From positions 1,922,001-1,986,000 of the forward strand of contig OX597821.1 in NCBI GenBank assembly GCA_951406725.2: DNA of 64,000 nucleotides, read 5' to 3'. Source of the DNA: Octopus vulgaris (Eukaryota). This document shows positions 40,076-55,590 of the stretch, one piece after another (within the stretch, counting starts at the first letter, position 1; each line of letters opens with the position of its first letter). The notes beneath the pieces were generated by a model. The model did not search any database and was not told the DNA's origin. It was given only the letters and a program-made list of their open reading frames with translations. A program made the position numbers and the translations under genes.

Positions 40076-41059
40076 CACGTATATTTGGGTATATCTATAT
40101 ATATATATATTATATATAAATGTAAATATATATGAATGTATACACATATACACAAATGTACAACGCGCACTTTAAGTTGTTCGGTTTTCTTTGAATACGA
40201 TGCAATTCCGTACGATATTGCATTCAAAAGGGGAAAAAAAGAAACAACAAACAAGAAAAAAAGAAAACAACCATCAAAAACAACAAAAAAAATAAGAGGT
40301 ACAAGTGAAGAAAAGAAAAGAAAAATTGCCTGATATTTTGTTAGATGTATTTAGATCCTGTAGGCAAACTACAATAACATTTAAAGAGTTGCAGAAGGTG
40401 AGAGTGTGAAGCTATTGTAAAATTCTGAGATTTTTACTTGCGTTTGTGTTTTGTTCTTCTAAGTTTTTTTTTGTTTTTTATAGAAAGTTTCACACCTTCT
40501 TGTTTGCCTTTTCGTATTACATTTTAGTTTTGTATTAACTCTGCTGCTACTGATAATACTGCCGCGGCTCTTGCTTTTGTAGTAAGAGTTGTAGTGATAA
40601 TAGTAGTAGTAGTAGTAGTTGATGTTGATGTTGTTGTTGTTGTTGTCTCAAGCATTCTTTTAGAATTACAAATAGCGCTGTTCCTTCTATTTGAGCTATA
40701 TTCAATCTATAAGTAGACTAGCGGCGTACGGTTTCACGGCAACCAATTAAAAGGAAAAAAAAAAAAACAAGGTTCCTTATTTATATGTATGCATGAATGC
40801 ATGTATTTCTGTACGTATGTATGAGTCTGTATATACATATGTATATACATATATATACATATATAGATAAACATATATGTATATACATACACGCATACAT
40901 ATATATATATATATATATATACATATATATACATACATATATGTATATATATGTATATTTACAGATATATACGGAACCTAATTTGTTTCCTTCCAAGTGG
41001 AGCCTGTATCTACATATTAAACTCTGAAGAAGAAAGAAAATAAGCTAAAAACAGAGAGA

Positions 41060-41140
<81 letters not shown>

Positions 41141-41242
41141 CATTCTATTCATATACATTTATACATATGCCTGCATATATATATAGAGAGGCAGACAGAT
41201 ATAGATATCACTATATTTTTTATATGCAACTCTCTCCATGTG

Positions 41243-41288
<46 letters not shown>

Positions 41289-41995
41289 CGCATGTATGTC
41301 TATGTATATCGTTTCCTTGATCTGGTCTTTTCTTTTTAATTCCTGATGCTTGTTACTTTAGGGTTCAACCTTTACATTATGCCCTATCACGATCCGTACC
41401 TATTATTAGTCTGTTAATCCTCTTATAGCCGAATGGGCAATATATTAGTTTACGCAGGCCTTCTATACGCTTATTTGAAGACGTGTTGTGTAAAGCTTGA
41501 GATAAGCTCTTCACAGCAGCAACTTGTGTGTCCTTTTTTTTTCTTCCCTTCTTTCCATCTGTGTAAACATTTATTTATAACTCTACATGGTCTTCTACAT
41601 TACTACATTAATACAAACTACATTCCTGCACATTACATACACATATACGCAAATATGTATATAAGTATATATATGCATATACAAATAATGCAGATAGATA
41701 TATGTGCTTTTATATGTGTACGCACGCATACATAGATACGTACGTACGTACATACATACACACGCACATATATTTGTGTAGGTGTATGTGTTTATACATA
41801 CGTAAGAGATGCATATTGTAATATATGTGGTTAGTTGTGCAAGTATGCATGCATGTATGGCAACATTTTGCAGTATACGTCTGTTTGGCTGGTGGCATTT
41901 GAACTTGACTTTGTGTGCGGTTATTCAACAAATTCAGTGCGCGCGTGTGTGTATGTGTGTGTGTTTGTGTGTGTGTGTATGTCTGTGTTTGTGTA

Positions 41996-42052
<57 letters not shown>

Positions 42053-42170
42053 AGAGAGAGTGAGAAACGGAGAAACGGTGTCGAATCAGTGTGTGGGTTT
42101 GAAATCTTTGGCGTGGTTTTCAGAGAAGAAATTTTCTTTTTTGAAAACGAAGACATTTTAAAGTAGAAAA

Positions 42171-42240
<70 letters not shown>

Positions 42241-42280
42241 ACTACTACTACTACTAGGAGTAGTAGTAGTAGTAGTAGTC
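42171..42280. repeat. (ACT)n immediately followed by (AGT)n, a foldback microsatellite
   Basis: Read directly from the sequence. Confidence 0.9.
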
Positions 42281-42335
42281 GTGGTGGGGGTGTTTGGTAA
42301 TGTTGGTAGTAGTAGCAGGAATGGTGTTATTATCA

Positions 42336-42369
<34 letters not shown>

Positions 42370-42372
<3 letters not shown>

Positions 42373-42768
42373 TTGTTTCAGTCATTTGAATGTGGCCATA
42401 CTGGAGCACCGCCTTTAGTTGAGGAACCCGATCCCAGGACTTATTCTTTGTAAGCCTAGTACTTGTTCTATCGGACCCTTTTGTCGAACCGCTAAGTTAC
42501 GGGGACGGAAAACACCAGCATCGGTTGTCAAGCGATGCTGGGGGAACGAACACAGACACACAAACACACACACGCACACCCATACACACATATATATATA
42601 CATACGACGAGCTTCTTTCAGTTTCCGTTTATCAAATCCACTCACAAGGTTTTGGTCGGCCCGAGGCTATAGTAGAAGACACTTGCCCAAGGTGCCACGC
42701 AGTGGGACTGAACCCGGAAGCATGTTGTTGGTAAGCAAGCTACTTACCACACAGCCACTCCTACGCCT
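42370..42768 (-). mobile_element. SINE family A
   Basis: Full-length reverse-complement match. Confidence 0.92.
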
Positions 42769-44513
42769 TTATTGTTGCTGTTTATATATTTTTTCCAGAG
42801 ATCTTTGAGAGAGTATTTGCACTCATGACCAATGATAGATATATCGGCTATAACAACGCTCTATGTTTACTGGCGGGAGCTGCAGGATCGATCTCATTTC
42901 TAATTTTGAGGAGAGAGAGCAAATTGAATATTTTGACCCCCAAAGCATGGAAGATAAAATTGATTTCGGCTGTATTTCAACTTGTAACCTAATTGTTCTA
43001 CATAATGAAAGTATGCTTAAGTCTGTTCGGTCTGATTTGAAGGAATTTAATAGCTACAACAAGCAAGTCGATCGGGGTAATAAAGGTTCCTTTGTTAGTT
43101 TACCAGAAATCGGTTGCAGCAAGACATGAGCCAACTCAAAGCCCTCGGATCAAACCCAATTTGTATCAGCAAAACGCTAGACATCCTAAGTATAAATTCA
43201 GTATATGTTTATATACACATGAGAGCATATGACTATGATTTAACATGAGTCAGTGAGTTATATATATTTCACCAGGCTGAGATAGCTACATAGAGATAGC
43301 GACATAACTATTTATAACGTATATAATATATCAATGGTATATCAATTCTCATCAGTATATCGTTTCAGTGCTATACAATTTTTTCATTCATAATCACCAT
43401 ATAATGACCGATCTAAATGAGATTTCTGTAAACAAAATACCATACAGATCATACACACACACACAAACGTAAATACGATATAATTTCATTCTCAGGATGA
43501 GTCGATTCTAAAGCACAAGGACATTTTCACTAGACACAACACAACACAAACGAAGTGAAAAGGCCTGATTTGGAATTTCTAAATTAATTGGCCATACATG
43601 TCTACATTTTTCCATATGTGTGGAGTGTGTATGTGTTTGTGTGTGTGTGTCTGATTTTGTACTTGTGTACGTGTCTCCATATAAATGTCTGCGCATATAT
43701 TAAAATAAAGAAAAGGAAATTTGAAAAACTGTTTGGAGTCATTAAAATGTCTGTGTCATACTTACATAGGAGGTGACAGAGATTCATGAATTTCAGTTGT
43801 CATGGGAGACAGATAGACTCTGAGATCAGCGATACTGGATCGCGATTGTAAATGAATTTTGAGAATTTGCTTCTGATATAGAAATATTAGGGGTGAAATT
43901 GCTATTAATTGAAGTACAGTTTTGTTGGAAGAAGATAATCACAAATCAGCGACTCAAATGACAGTATGGATGATAGTTGTGCTGTACTATCATTTGTCAT
44001 GTGATAGTATTGATATTACCTTTGACATGGACACTAATTGAATGAAACAGCCAAGACTGTCTTTATTCAATGAATGTGTTATTGATAGTATAATAGTTTT
44101 TCAGAATAGCTACGGAGATATGGCATTTGCACAGGAAGTACTGGAAGCTGGTTATATGGTTGCTTATGGGTCTATATGGAAAGTCGGGAAAAGAGGTTTC
44201 CAAATTCCGTTTAGATTCAAGACAAATACAGCATAAATCTGGGCTCTCCCATCTTACAACTCTTTTCAAAATCATGAAATTTTGGAACCAATTACCTAAA
44301 CATTATAGATAAATATTTTGTAAAAATATAAAGTTCAACTTCAGCATGTTCTATCTTTTTCTTTCTAAAAACTAGAAACTATATACAATGTATTTTGAAA
44401 CCATTTGTAACCAAATTATAGCCAAAACATACGAATAAGTACTGGGTTCGATTTGCTCAACTAAAATTCTTCAAGGTGGCGCCCGAACATGACCGCAGTC
44501 TTATGGCTGAAAT

Positions 44514-44575
<62 letters not shown>

Positions 44576-44599
44576 CTAATGCATATATATATATATATG

Positions 44600-45524
44600 T
44601 AATAGTTTCCCGTACATGCGCACGTTCATCAGCCTTTGTAATATCATCCTTGCTGTATGTGGCCGAGCATTATCCCGATGGAAGAACACCTTTTGTCTTG
44701 AAACCAAAGGTGGTCGTTTTCTTCTAGCTCTGACATAAGCCGTGCAAGCTTCTTGTTGTAGATCTCCTTTGTTAACATTTGGTTTGGGTTTAAAAGTCCA
44801 AAGTGGAATAAATTTTTCATATAACACCAAACAGATAACAACACCTTATGTGGGTGAAGACCATCTTTTGTTTGGGGTGCCGATGTTTCTCCTTTCTCTA
44901 CGCAATCTCTTCGGCGCTTGACATTTTTTATAGAAAACCCATTTCTCGTCACCAGTTACTATTGAGTCCAAAAAAGTTTCATTCGTGAGATGTGACAGCA
45001 AAGGAGAGGCGGAAAGTTTGTTAGGAACCCATTGACCCAATTTGCTGACTTTTCCGATGATACACAGGTGTCGATGAATTTTTGAATGACTGAATCTAAG
45101 CCTCTCTGCTAGTTCCTCAAAAGTTCCGATGTGATTTTGTTTCATCAGTTTTTGCAGGACTTCCTCGTCAAGATCTACAGGTATTGCCGGGCGAGGTTCG
45201 CTTTCTAGGCTGTAGTTTCCAGTTTGAAATTTTTGGAACCATTGTTGACACTGGCCTACGCTTACTGTCCGAGCCCTATATACTGCATTAATATTCCTCG
45301 CACCTTCGGTGCCGAATATGCTCCTTTACCGCTTGCATTATAGCTTTGAAAAGATAACTGGTAAAATCAATCTACACTCTTCAAAACTTACGCTAAGATT
45401 ATGTATAAGGTAAAATTACTGGCTGGTCTTATAGCAAGTCGATGCAGGTGGTGTATCTCGTCCCCCTCCGACTTTTAGTTAATGCAATTGAAAAAAAACG
45501 CATTATTTAAGAGATGACCCGATA
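44600..45524 (-). mobile_element. Mariner transposon remnant, 3'-truncated
   Basis: KVSKLGQWVP..FLDSIVTGDEKWVFY, GLHPHKVLLSVW, FFHRDNARPHTAR. A candidate 5' terminal repeat TATCGGGTCATCTCTTAAATAATGCG ends at 45524. Confidence 0.92.
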
Positions 45525-46247
45525 TATATATATATATATTTATACATGTATATTTATTCTGACATTTTGTAAGTTCATTTTTTTTACCAATTCACTACTA
45601 ATTCACCTAATTCCACTAAGTATATGTTAACTTCTATCAGTCCCTTGTGCTGGCGATCATATGTTAGTTTGTTGTCCGGTCTCAAAAAAATATATCAGAA
45701 AAAACTGTCACATCTCCTCTTTGAACATCTCCTTAAAAGATGTATCCATATGCAAACTATCAGCTATCTAATTGCAAGTCTTTGTATGACGAAAAACACC
45801 GAAGCCTAGTTTATTTTTTTTTTACGGAAATGAACAATTAAAATATATATGGATCGTTACTTGAGATTACGTCATATCCGCACAATTCAATTATAAAATT
45901 TATTATAACATACGACGGTGTCGATAGAAGCTAAGGTCCGCACTTATAAATAGCCGTACTTGTTATATTTTCAGAGCGAATTACGCAGCAGTGCCGTATT
46001 TTGTAGTATTGTTTCTTGTTGATTGCATTACACTAGAATTATCATTAATACAAGTGACAAAATGATTAGCGCCATTTCATCATTCTTTATGTTCTGATTT
46101 GTAAATCCGCCATGGTCGACTTTATCTTTCAATCCTTCCAAATCGAGGAAATAAGTTACAGTTGAGAACTGTGCTCGATGTAATCGGATAGTGAGCTTCC
46201 GCAAAATTTCAAGCACTTTGTATATTATAGAAAGAATTCTGGTAGAT

Positions 46248-46765
<518 letters not shown>

Positions 46766-47518
46766 TTCAAATATTTATTCAAATAAATATCAAACAGAAT
46801 GTAAATAGCTGTCTTATAACGAAATAATTAAATGAATAAATACATAATTATCTAAATGTTCAATAAAAACACACGGTAAAGAAAACAATATCAACTGTTC
46901 TTAAATCCTGTTATATTACTTCACAAAAAAGAAAATATTCACAATGCCGTTCCAAGCTGTAAAATTAAATATTCTTTCTAGAGATTATTACTACTTAAAT
47001 ATTCTAATGTCTATTGACATTTATTATTATATATAAATAGAATCTGTCAGAATCTGTAATTAACAAATTATTTTCTATACAAGAAAATTTAGTATTTTTC
47101 ACTTTTCATTTGGAACCGGATTGCTACATTGTTAATACAAAAATATTACTAAAGGCATCATGTTCCTCTCAAGGATTTTAAATTTCCTTAGAGAAAAGTC
47201 AATAATCATTTTAATTTAAATTGCTTGTATGCATATTATGTTATATATACACTGAGAATTGCCATCGGTGATTTCATGTATTAAACTATTATATTACATC
47301 ATGGCTGTATCCCAACTGATTTGAGTAAGCATTAATAAGAATATATATATATAGATATATATTGGTATACGCATATATATGTGTGCGTATTTGTGTATAT
47401 ATATATATATTATAAAAATCTATATATGTATATATATATATACACGTATATATATATACACATATACATATATATATATATATATACATACATACATACA
47501 TATATATACATACATATA

Positions 47519-47571
<53 letters not shown>

Positions 47572-48605
47572 TACGGAGATGTAACTGCCTAGCAAGTGAT
47601 GTGAACTGAGACCGTGTGCTGAAAGAGAAACAAGTGCAGCGAGCCAAGTTTTGATAGTGAACATGTCGCGATTTCAAAGCGACGAAAATATTTTGGAGTG
47701 GAACTAACGGTTTTTGTGTGATCTTGAATGATTTACGAATATCTAAAGCGATTCAGGGCGCTATTCATCACCAGTATTGCTAGAAATGAGAGCCAAACAA
47801 CTCCTAGCCACATACCAACAAGGGAGGCGAGATCCCGAAGTATCGGACATAACCAGATCAATACCGATTCGACGGTAGCAGCCACCGGCGCCTTCGGTTA
47901 AAATCAACTGCCCTTGTCAATTTATAAGAACACTGTACAAATCCTATGATGATTCAATAAATGGTAAATGTATAAATTAATAATAAGGGTGGCTTTTTAG
48001 CAATTTTTCAACCGAAACGCAGAAACATATACGTCATCAATGTGACTGAGAACGCTATTCAGAACCAGTACGTAGAGATGTATATATATACATATATCAA
48101 ACAACTAATTGTGACAGAAACAGCATTAAAACGAAAGTTAACATTCATTTTTCACTAGAAGTGAATGACGTGTTGGAACGCAGAACACTGAGGAATATTT
48201 TGAGATCTCATATAGCATAGCCTTTTAGAGGTATATATATATACACATATAAAATGTATATATATATATATAAATAGAAAAGAGTGAAACAAACTACAGC
48301 AGGCTTGTTTTCTAAGGTTAAAGAATATATTTAAGTCGTTATGTTAGAAAAATGTTATAAAATTTTAATAAAATTTTGTGTATAGTAACATAGTTTTTGG
48401 AGAAAAACCGGTTTCGTGTAAACTTTTCAATTTCTCAAAGTTCTTTACCTACATCGTGTCATGTCTTCGTTATGAAGTGCCCCATTAAAAATAAATAAAT
48501 AAATAAATAAAGTAATTATCTCCCTTATACCGGAAGAAATCCCTTATTACCTCCCCCTGCCTGGAGCTCTACTCACCAATATATATATATAAATATATAT
48601 ATATA

Positions 48606-48642
<37 letters not shown>

Positions 48643-48643
<1 letters not shown>

Positions 48644-48835
48644 CTCTTTACTCTCTCTTTAACTTGTTTCAGTTATTTGACTGCTGCCATGCTGGAGCAC
48701 CGCCTTTAGTCGAGGAAATCGAACCCAACGACTTAGTCTATTGCATCTGTTGCCGCTAAGTTACGGGAACGTAAATACACCAGCACTGGTTGTCAAGTGA
48801 TGTTGGGGAGGGGGAGAAACACAGACACACAAACA
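48643..48835 (-). mobile_element. SINE family A, 3' half
   Basis: GCCATGCTGGAGCACCGCCTTTAGTCGAG matches the family A tail. Confidence 0.85.
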
Positions 48836-48846
48836 TATACACATAC

Positions 48847-48877
<31 letters not shown>

Positions 48878-49249
48878 GGTAAACAGTAAAAATAATTACA
48901 GACATGGACAAGAACATGAAACGCCACAGAGACGACACAAGAACCACAGGACGGGACATTCGAAGCCCTCAGTCATCAGTCAAGAACCAGATCATCTTAG
49001 CAATTTCGGCTGATTAATCTTGAGATTGCTCCGATATGGGCAGCCCGCCAAGGGAAATCTAAGCCAAGTGCATTAGATCCCCTGGAAGAAAGCTTCGAAT
49101 GTATACAACACGAGGACGGAAAACGAACGAAGTACACGAACAAAAATACAGAATACGTGACACCAATAAGAATACAAAAACGTAAAAACAATAACGGTAA
49201 AAATAAAAAATAAAAAATAAACAACAAAACAAAACCAGGACGTAGGACA

Positions 49250-49298
<49 letters not shown>

Positions 49299-49714
49299 TG
49301 CATATGTATATATATGTACATGCATATATATTTATATGTATATATATAGAAGTAATGGTTATCGCTACTTAAAAGTTACTACAATTTTAACCTACGGAGG
49401 AAGCCTCTTCCAGTTGGTTACTTAATGCAATCTGCAGGTGATATTCATTCATAGCGAGCAGATGAGTGAACCCCTACCATCTTTCAGCAACGGGACCACT
49501 AGACCGTACAATTTCAATGTCATTGTGTTCATCCTCACAGGATATATATATATGTATGTGTGTGTGTATGTGTGTGTGCCAAAGCAAATTAAATAGAATT
49601 TGGAATTTGGCGGAGGGTAAATATAGGTAACATAAACTGGACAGTGAAAACAAAGGGTTACTGTGGTGTGTGTGTATGTGTGTGTGTAGTTGTGTGTGTG
49701 TGTGTAAGTGTGTT

Positions 49715-49915
49715 TATCTGTGTTGTACCCCCACCAACGCTTGACAACCGATGTTGGTGTGTTTACGTCCGCGTAAATTAGCTGTTCGGCAAAAGAGAAC
49801 GACAATAAATACTAGTCTTACAAAGAATAAGTGCTGGGGTCGATTTGTTCGACTAAAGGCGGTACTCCAGCGTGGCCGCAGTCAAATGACTGAAATAAAT
49901 AGAAGGATAAAAGAA
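49715..49915 (+). mobile_element. SINE family A, 3' half
   Basis: CGCTTGACAACCGATG...GGCGGTACTCCAGCGTGGCCGCAGTCAAATGACTGAAA. Confidence 0.85.
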
Positions 49916-50316
49916 TATACTATACGCACGCGCACGTACACACACATATACACAGAAAACACACGCACACGTCTAGAAATGATGTAAAAGGTGTTGCTGC
50001 AGTAATTGTCCAATAATTGAATGATGATGTAAAGCTGATTGGAGGGATATCATAACATTTGAATATTAATGGAATGATCTGGGTATCAGAGTTTGGCACT
50101 GACAGAAATAATGGACAATAATAACGAACGATGTATAGATGAATAAAACGGGCGTTACGAAATGATGTAAGGAAACAGCATATCTGAAAGCAACGATAAT
50201 TTCAATGCAAAATTTGTAGAATTTTCGAATGTCGATAAAGTAAAATAAATAAATTATAAAAATTGAGAACAAAAGGGTAAATGAATATCGCTACAAATAT
50301 GAATACATGGATAATA

Positions 50317-50555
50317 TACAGGGTGGCCCAAAAGTAGGTTTGCAGTTATTCAACTAACTCTTTCGCATTCATATATTAACTGTTTAGATCTTAATTATCA
50401 AAAAATATGAAGCCATTATTTTATTCAAATTTAGTTAATTTTATCAAGCTCCCTTTTCAGTTTGTAAGATAGAAATTTAAACGTAATAAAATGTTTTAAA
50501 AGAAATTTAAAGTGCCTGCTTGATAACAGTAAACCTACTTTTCTTCCACCCTGTA
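50317..50555. mobile_element. Tc1/mariner-type MITE
   Basis: TA-CAGGGTGG..AAAAGTAGGTTT at the left end and AAACCTACTTTT..CCACCCTG-TA at the right end form terminal inverted repeats. Confidence 0.82.
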
Positions 50556-50811
50556 TAGCAAAAACAGATTAACTAAACGAGAAAGAACGTGAAGAGATGC
50601 GACATTTAACAGGGGGAAAGTGACAGGTAAGAGCAACAGAAGAGATGGAGGTTTACCAGGCTTCGCAAAGGAATCCTTAAATCATGATGCATTGCATCAT
50701 AATATAATATCATGTATATATACATACATGCCAACATCCATATATACATGTATATAAATATATGCTTGTGTTTTTATTGGCTAAACTGGCAAAATGACCA
50801 TTCCGAAATAT

Positions 50812-50858
<47 letters not shown>

Positions 50859-50880
50859 TATATACATATATACATACATA

Positions 50881-50926
<46 letters not shown>

Positions 50927-51785
50927 CATATATATATATATACATACACACATATATATATGTATATAATTAAGAGAAATAACCTCTATTCAGCAATTCA
51001 ATGGTGAAAGACATTATCCATATTATATAGAAAAAATTTTAATATATTGTAATAAATATTACTTAAAAAATCAATAAATTAAATAAAAATTAAATTGACT
51101 ACGCGCTTTTCGTGACTATATCTTTAAATCGATAATAATAAATTTATACAATTGAAAAAATTGGGAGTCAACTAGAAGGGCCACAGTTTGCAACTTATTT
51201 TTCAATCACTACAGCTGTTTTTACGCAACGCAGTTCTCCAGGCGTGTAGATACTTGATTATGTGAGTGTGTGCCTGTGTGTGTATGTGTCCATGGGTTAG
51301 TACGTATATGGATGTAGCTGTGTACAAAGAAGCCGATTCTTAAAGGTTAGCTAAAGACAATCGCATCTGTAAGCAACCACGAAGAATACATTAACAATTG
51401 AATGAAATCATAAATATGTGTGATTTGAATGGGTATAATTCAATCTGGTTTGGAGAAATACATTCTTATTCATCCTTCTCTTCATCCAGCCAGGCAGCCA
51501 TCTGTCCCCTCCGACGTTTGCACATATGCGCGCATATACGCACAGAGAACATATATAATTATGCAAATGTATATATATATCAATATATACGTCTGTGTGT
51601 GCAAGGTGTATATCTAACGAGAGAGAGAGCGAGAGGGAGAGAGAGACATATTGCCGTTTAAATTAATGCTTGTGTGCAAGACTATTGAAATATTAATACC
51701 CATTGCTTTTCTCAAGTTTTCCGAAATACCTGTACAGTAGCTAGAAATCAAAGTGCTCGTATCAGAAACTATATTATATACCCGT

Positions 51786-51824
<39 letters not shown>

Positions 51825-52036
51825 CATAGATACCTATATATATATAACATAGTTACCTTATATATTAACCTTAATGTAGATAGACACATCAAATTTACGA
51901 TAGATATGTATATTTATATTCATATATATTTAGTTATTATTATATACATACATCCATACATATATATTTTATATATGCATACATAATTACACACCTACAC
52001 ACTCACACAGACACACTCACTCACACACAGACACAA

Positions 52037-52068
<32 letters not shown>

Positions 52069-52671
52069 GCATACATAATTACATGCTGTAGTGGATAGAT
52101 GTATGCTGTACCAATTAATATCTGTGAATTAATGTTTGCCTGTGTTTATTTTTCTCCAGAAATATGCTAAGCAACATAATGTTGATGCTCCATGTTTTGG
52201 TTAATTTATTTCTTACATATAAAGTTTGGATTATTTGGTTATCATAAAAATTAATTACAGGATACATTATAATTTTTCAGACTGATACACTATAAATTCA
52301 GTGAATTTTTTCATAATTTATTTTAAAATGCACCATAACAATATTGGATCTTTCCTTCATATCTTCGTATAAATATCAATTTCTGCTGATGTATTCGGGA
52401 GATTGTTGTTACAGTTGAATTTTTTTTCTTCTTCTTGTTATAATGTGCATGTAGAAAATTATAGGTGAATTTGATCGATGGTTAATATGCATTGGAAACA
52501 TATTTATAGTAATGTCGATGTACATACGTGCAGATAAATTTATGCTTGTTTCTGCTTACGCATTTCAGAGAAATGTGAGTCATTTCTAACCTATACACGA
52601 GCTAGAGTGTATATGTGTATATATGCTTTATGTATATATATATATCTAAATAGGGAAGAAGTATATATATT

Positions 52672-52811
<140 letters not shown>

Positions 52812-52821
52812 TTACATATAC

Positions 52822-53160
52822 ATGGTGGCTGCCTCCTCTTTATCGAGTATGGCCATTGCACGAAGTTTTATCAATATTGTTATCGTGCAATGCCTGTGCA
52901 AGAAGATTTTTTTTAAGTGAGGAAAGGCTGTGCACTGAGTCAATGCCACTCATTAGGGAACAGCAGCCATAATCCGAAAAGAAGAACGAGTCAACATGAT
53001 CGGTAACCACTGAGCCGCATGTTTTATATCGGAGTTATCCCAGTTACCTGAGTTACCTTCTCCTAGAAGGATGCCCTAACAAAGGCTAGGAGTCCTTCAC
53101 TCCCAATGGTTTAACCGCGCAATCAGGTGTTCAGTCCAATTATTTCTATGTCCCCGCGAA
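52822..53160 (-). mobile_element. Probable RTE-related non-autonomous repeat
   Basis: Minus-strand GGGCATCCTTCTAGGAGAAGGTAACTC resembles RTE 5'-UTR motifs as recalled; the element is flanked by microsatellites. Confidence 0.4.
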
Positions 53161-53173
53161 TGATACATATGCA

Positions 53174-53208
<35 letters not shown>

Positions 53209-53256
53209 GTATGTATGTATGTATATATATATATTTATTTATTTATTTATATAATA

Positions 53257-53771
53257 CTAGCAGTATCGCACGGCGTTGCTCGGATTTGTAAGGGAAATAA
53301 CTATACAAGCATTTTTAGAGAGTTACTTCCCTTATAGATGCCAATTCGGGCTTTCTTAGCCATTTCTGTTTTGGTGTCTTCAAGCCATGAAGTCGTTGTT
53401 CTAAAAGAACGCTGGTCTCCTTGACAACGCTTTACGACATTGATTTCCATACACTCCCTTCCCCACAGCTTCACGAGGGAGGGAAGAAAGGGGAGAAGCA
53501 AACACAGGTGCAGGTGTGACCATGGACGCCAACTCCGCCGCCATCGACACACGAAAAATTATGCATTAAAATGGAATAAAAAATGATGTTAAATTATTTT
53601 TAAAATCGTAGACTCATCGTAGACGCGCGCTAATAGCCAGACGGGCTCGATATTAATCACGACTATAAGATACCCGAATTTGGTTAAACTGCACCGCAAA
53701 ATGTGGGAGGAGTTAGGAATCTAAATCGAAGGGGACAGACACTCACACAACTACAGTTTTATATATATAGA
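53257..53771 (-). mobile_element. Non-autonomous Helitron
   Basis: Minus strand reads A|TCTATATATATAAAA...CCGAGCAACGCCGTG (GC-rich subterminal hairpin remnant)...CTAG|T, with no target duplication. Confidence 0.8.
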
Positions 53772-54052
53772 TGTGTATGTGTGTGTGTGTAATCTAGAAA
53801 GCGGAAACGAGCAATCAACATCTAATATGTCTAAATTTTCTTAAGAAGGGTTTTCTAACCTCTGAAATATTGACATATCAAGTGCTAGGGCTATACACCA
53901 ACTTTATACATGCACAAATACCTGCGCACACGCACACATACACATACACACACATAGATTCGTATGAATGTTTGCATAAGTGCTCGTTTTTGTTTCCAAC
54001 CCATCCTATGAACGTGTTTTCGGAAATGAGTATATATGTATGTATGTCTGCA

Positions 54053-54091
<39 letters not shown>

Positions 54092-54501
54092 GAGGGTACT
54101 ATTATTCATAGGTACCGCACGCTAGGTGGGACTCTTGCAGTCAAAACTACTAAAATAAACAAATTGTACCGAATGCAAAACTTCATAGCAAGTCATTTAA
54201 AAACAGAATTTAGTTACACTTCACCTTTGATTTCGCAAACAATGCAGAATATGCATTCTATGCTCTTCGGTGCAACGAACTCAAGACATGTAAGGAAAAA
54301 ACACAATATAGCATACCCGACAGCCAACGTAGAATTCATCGTAGCATGTACGAATGTTTATCTTTACATATCTATGAAAATGGCGGGCTTATTCGCAATG
54401 CATTTCGGTCACAATTTGCCTATTCGGAACAAAAATTCAGTATTGAACTATTCCGCTGAATATAAATTTAAATTTACTGATAATTTTATCCTAAATTTTA
54501 A

Positions 54502-54504
<3 letters not shown>

Positions 54505-54574
<70 letters not shown>

Positions 54575-54580
54575 TATATG

Positions 54581-54631
<51 letters not shown>

Positions 54632-54653
54632 ATATATTGATATATATATATAA

Positions 54654-54714
<61 letters not shown>

Positions 54715-54842
54715 CATGTATATATAAACATATATATATGTATTTATATATATATATACATATGTGTGTGTATATATATATATATATATATACATGTATA
54801 TATATTTATATATATATATATATATAAAGATATATATATATA
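54505..54842. repeat. Long interrupted (TA)n
   Basis: Read directly from the sequence. Confidence 0.95.
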
Positions 54843-54845
54843 ATA

Positions 54846-55239
54846 GGCGTAGGAGTGGCTGTGTTATAAGTAGCTTGCTTACCAACCACATGGTTCCGGG
54901 TTCAGTCACACTGCGTGGCACCTTGGGCAAGTGCTTTCTACTATAGCCTGGGGCCGACCAAAACCCTGTGAGTGGATTTGTTAGACAGAAACTGAAAGAA
55001 GCCCGTCGTATATATGTATATATATGTGTGTTTGTGTGTCTGTGTTTGCACCACCCCACCTAACATCTCTTGACAACAGATGCTAGTTTGCTTACGTACC
55101 CGTAACTTTGCGGTTCGGCAAAAGGGACGATACAATAAGTATTATGCTTACAAAGAATAAGACCTGGGGTCCATTCGCTCGACTAAAAGCGGTACTCCAA
55201 CATGGCCACATTCAAATGACTGAAACAAGTAAAAGAGTA

Positions 55240-55241
<2 letters not shown>
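54846..55241 (+). mobile_element. SINE family A
   Basis: Full-length match to the 35366 copy. Confidence 0.92.
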
Positions 55242-55286
<45 letters not shown>

Positions 55287-55309
55287 GTGTGTATTTATAT
55301 ATATATATT

Positions 55310-55520
55310 TTTACTCTTTTACTTGTTTCAGTCATTTGAATGTGGCCATGCTGGAGTACCGCTTTTAGTCGAGCGAATCGACCCCCAGGACTTATTCTTT
55401 GTAAGCATAATACTTATTGTATCGTCCCTTTTGCCGAACCGCAAAGTTACGGGTACGTAAGCACACTAGCATCTGTTGTCAAGAGATGTTGGGTGGGGTG
55501 GTGCAAACACAGACACACAA

Positions 55521-55527
<7 letters not shown>
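55310..55527 (-). mobile_element. Inverted duplicate of the 3' half of the adjacent SINE
   Basis: Near-identical to the reverse complement of 55025-55241, including private variants. Confidence 0.9.

Positions 55528-55586
<59 letters not shown>

Positions 55587-55590
<4 letters not shown>

Noticed and set aside
44127-44312. KFWNQLP as an old CR1 3' fragment
   Set aside because: A single short motif is insufficient without an alignment.
48960-49020. Minus-strand GAAA...CTGATGA as a type II hammerhead
   Set aside because: Stems I and III do not form. The segment is probably a repeat, but the ribozyme is unsupported.
53870-54640. 256-aa ORF
   Set aside because: It has a non-ATG start and both ends in microsatellite. 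The roughly 135-aa middle has no motif I recognise; a BLASTP would settle it.
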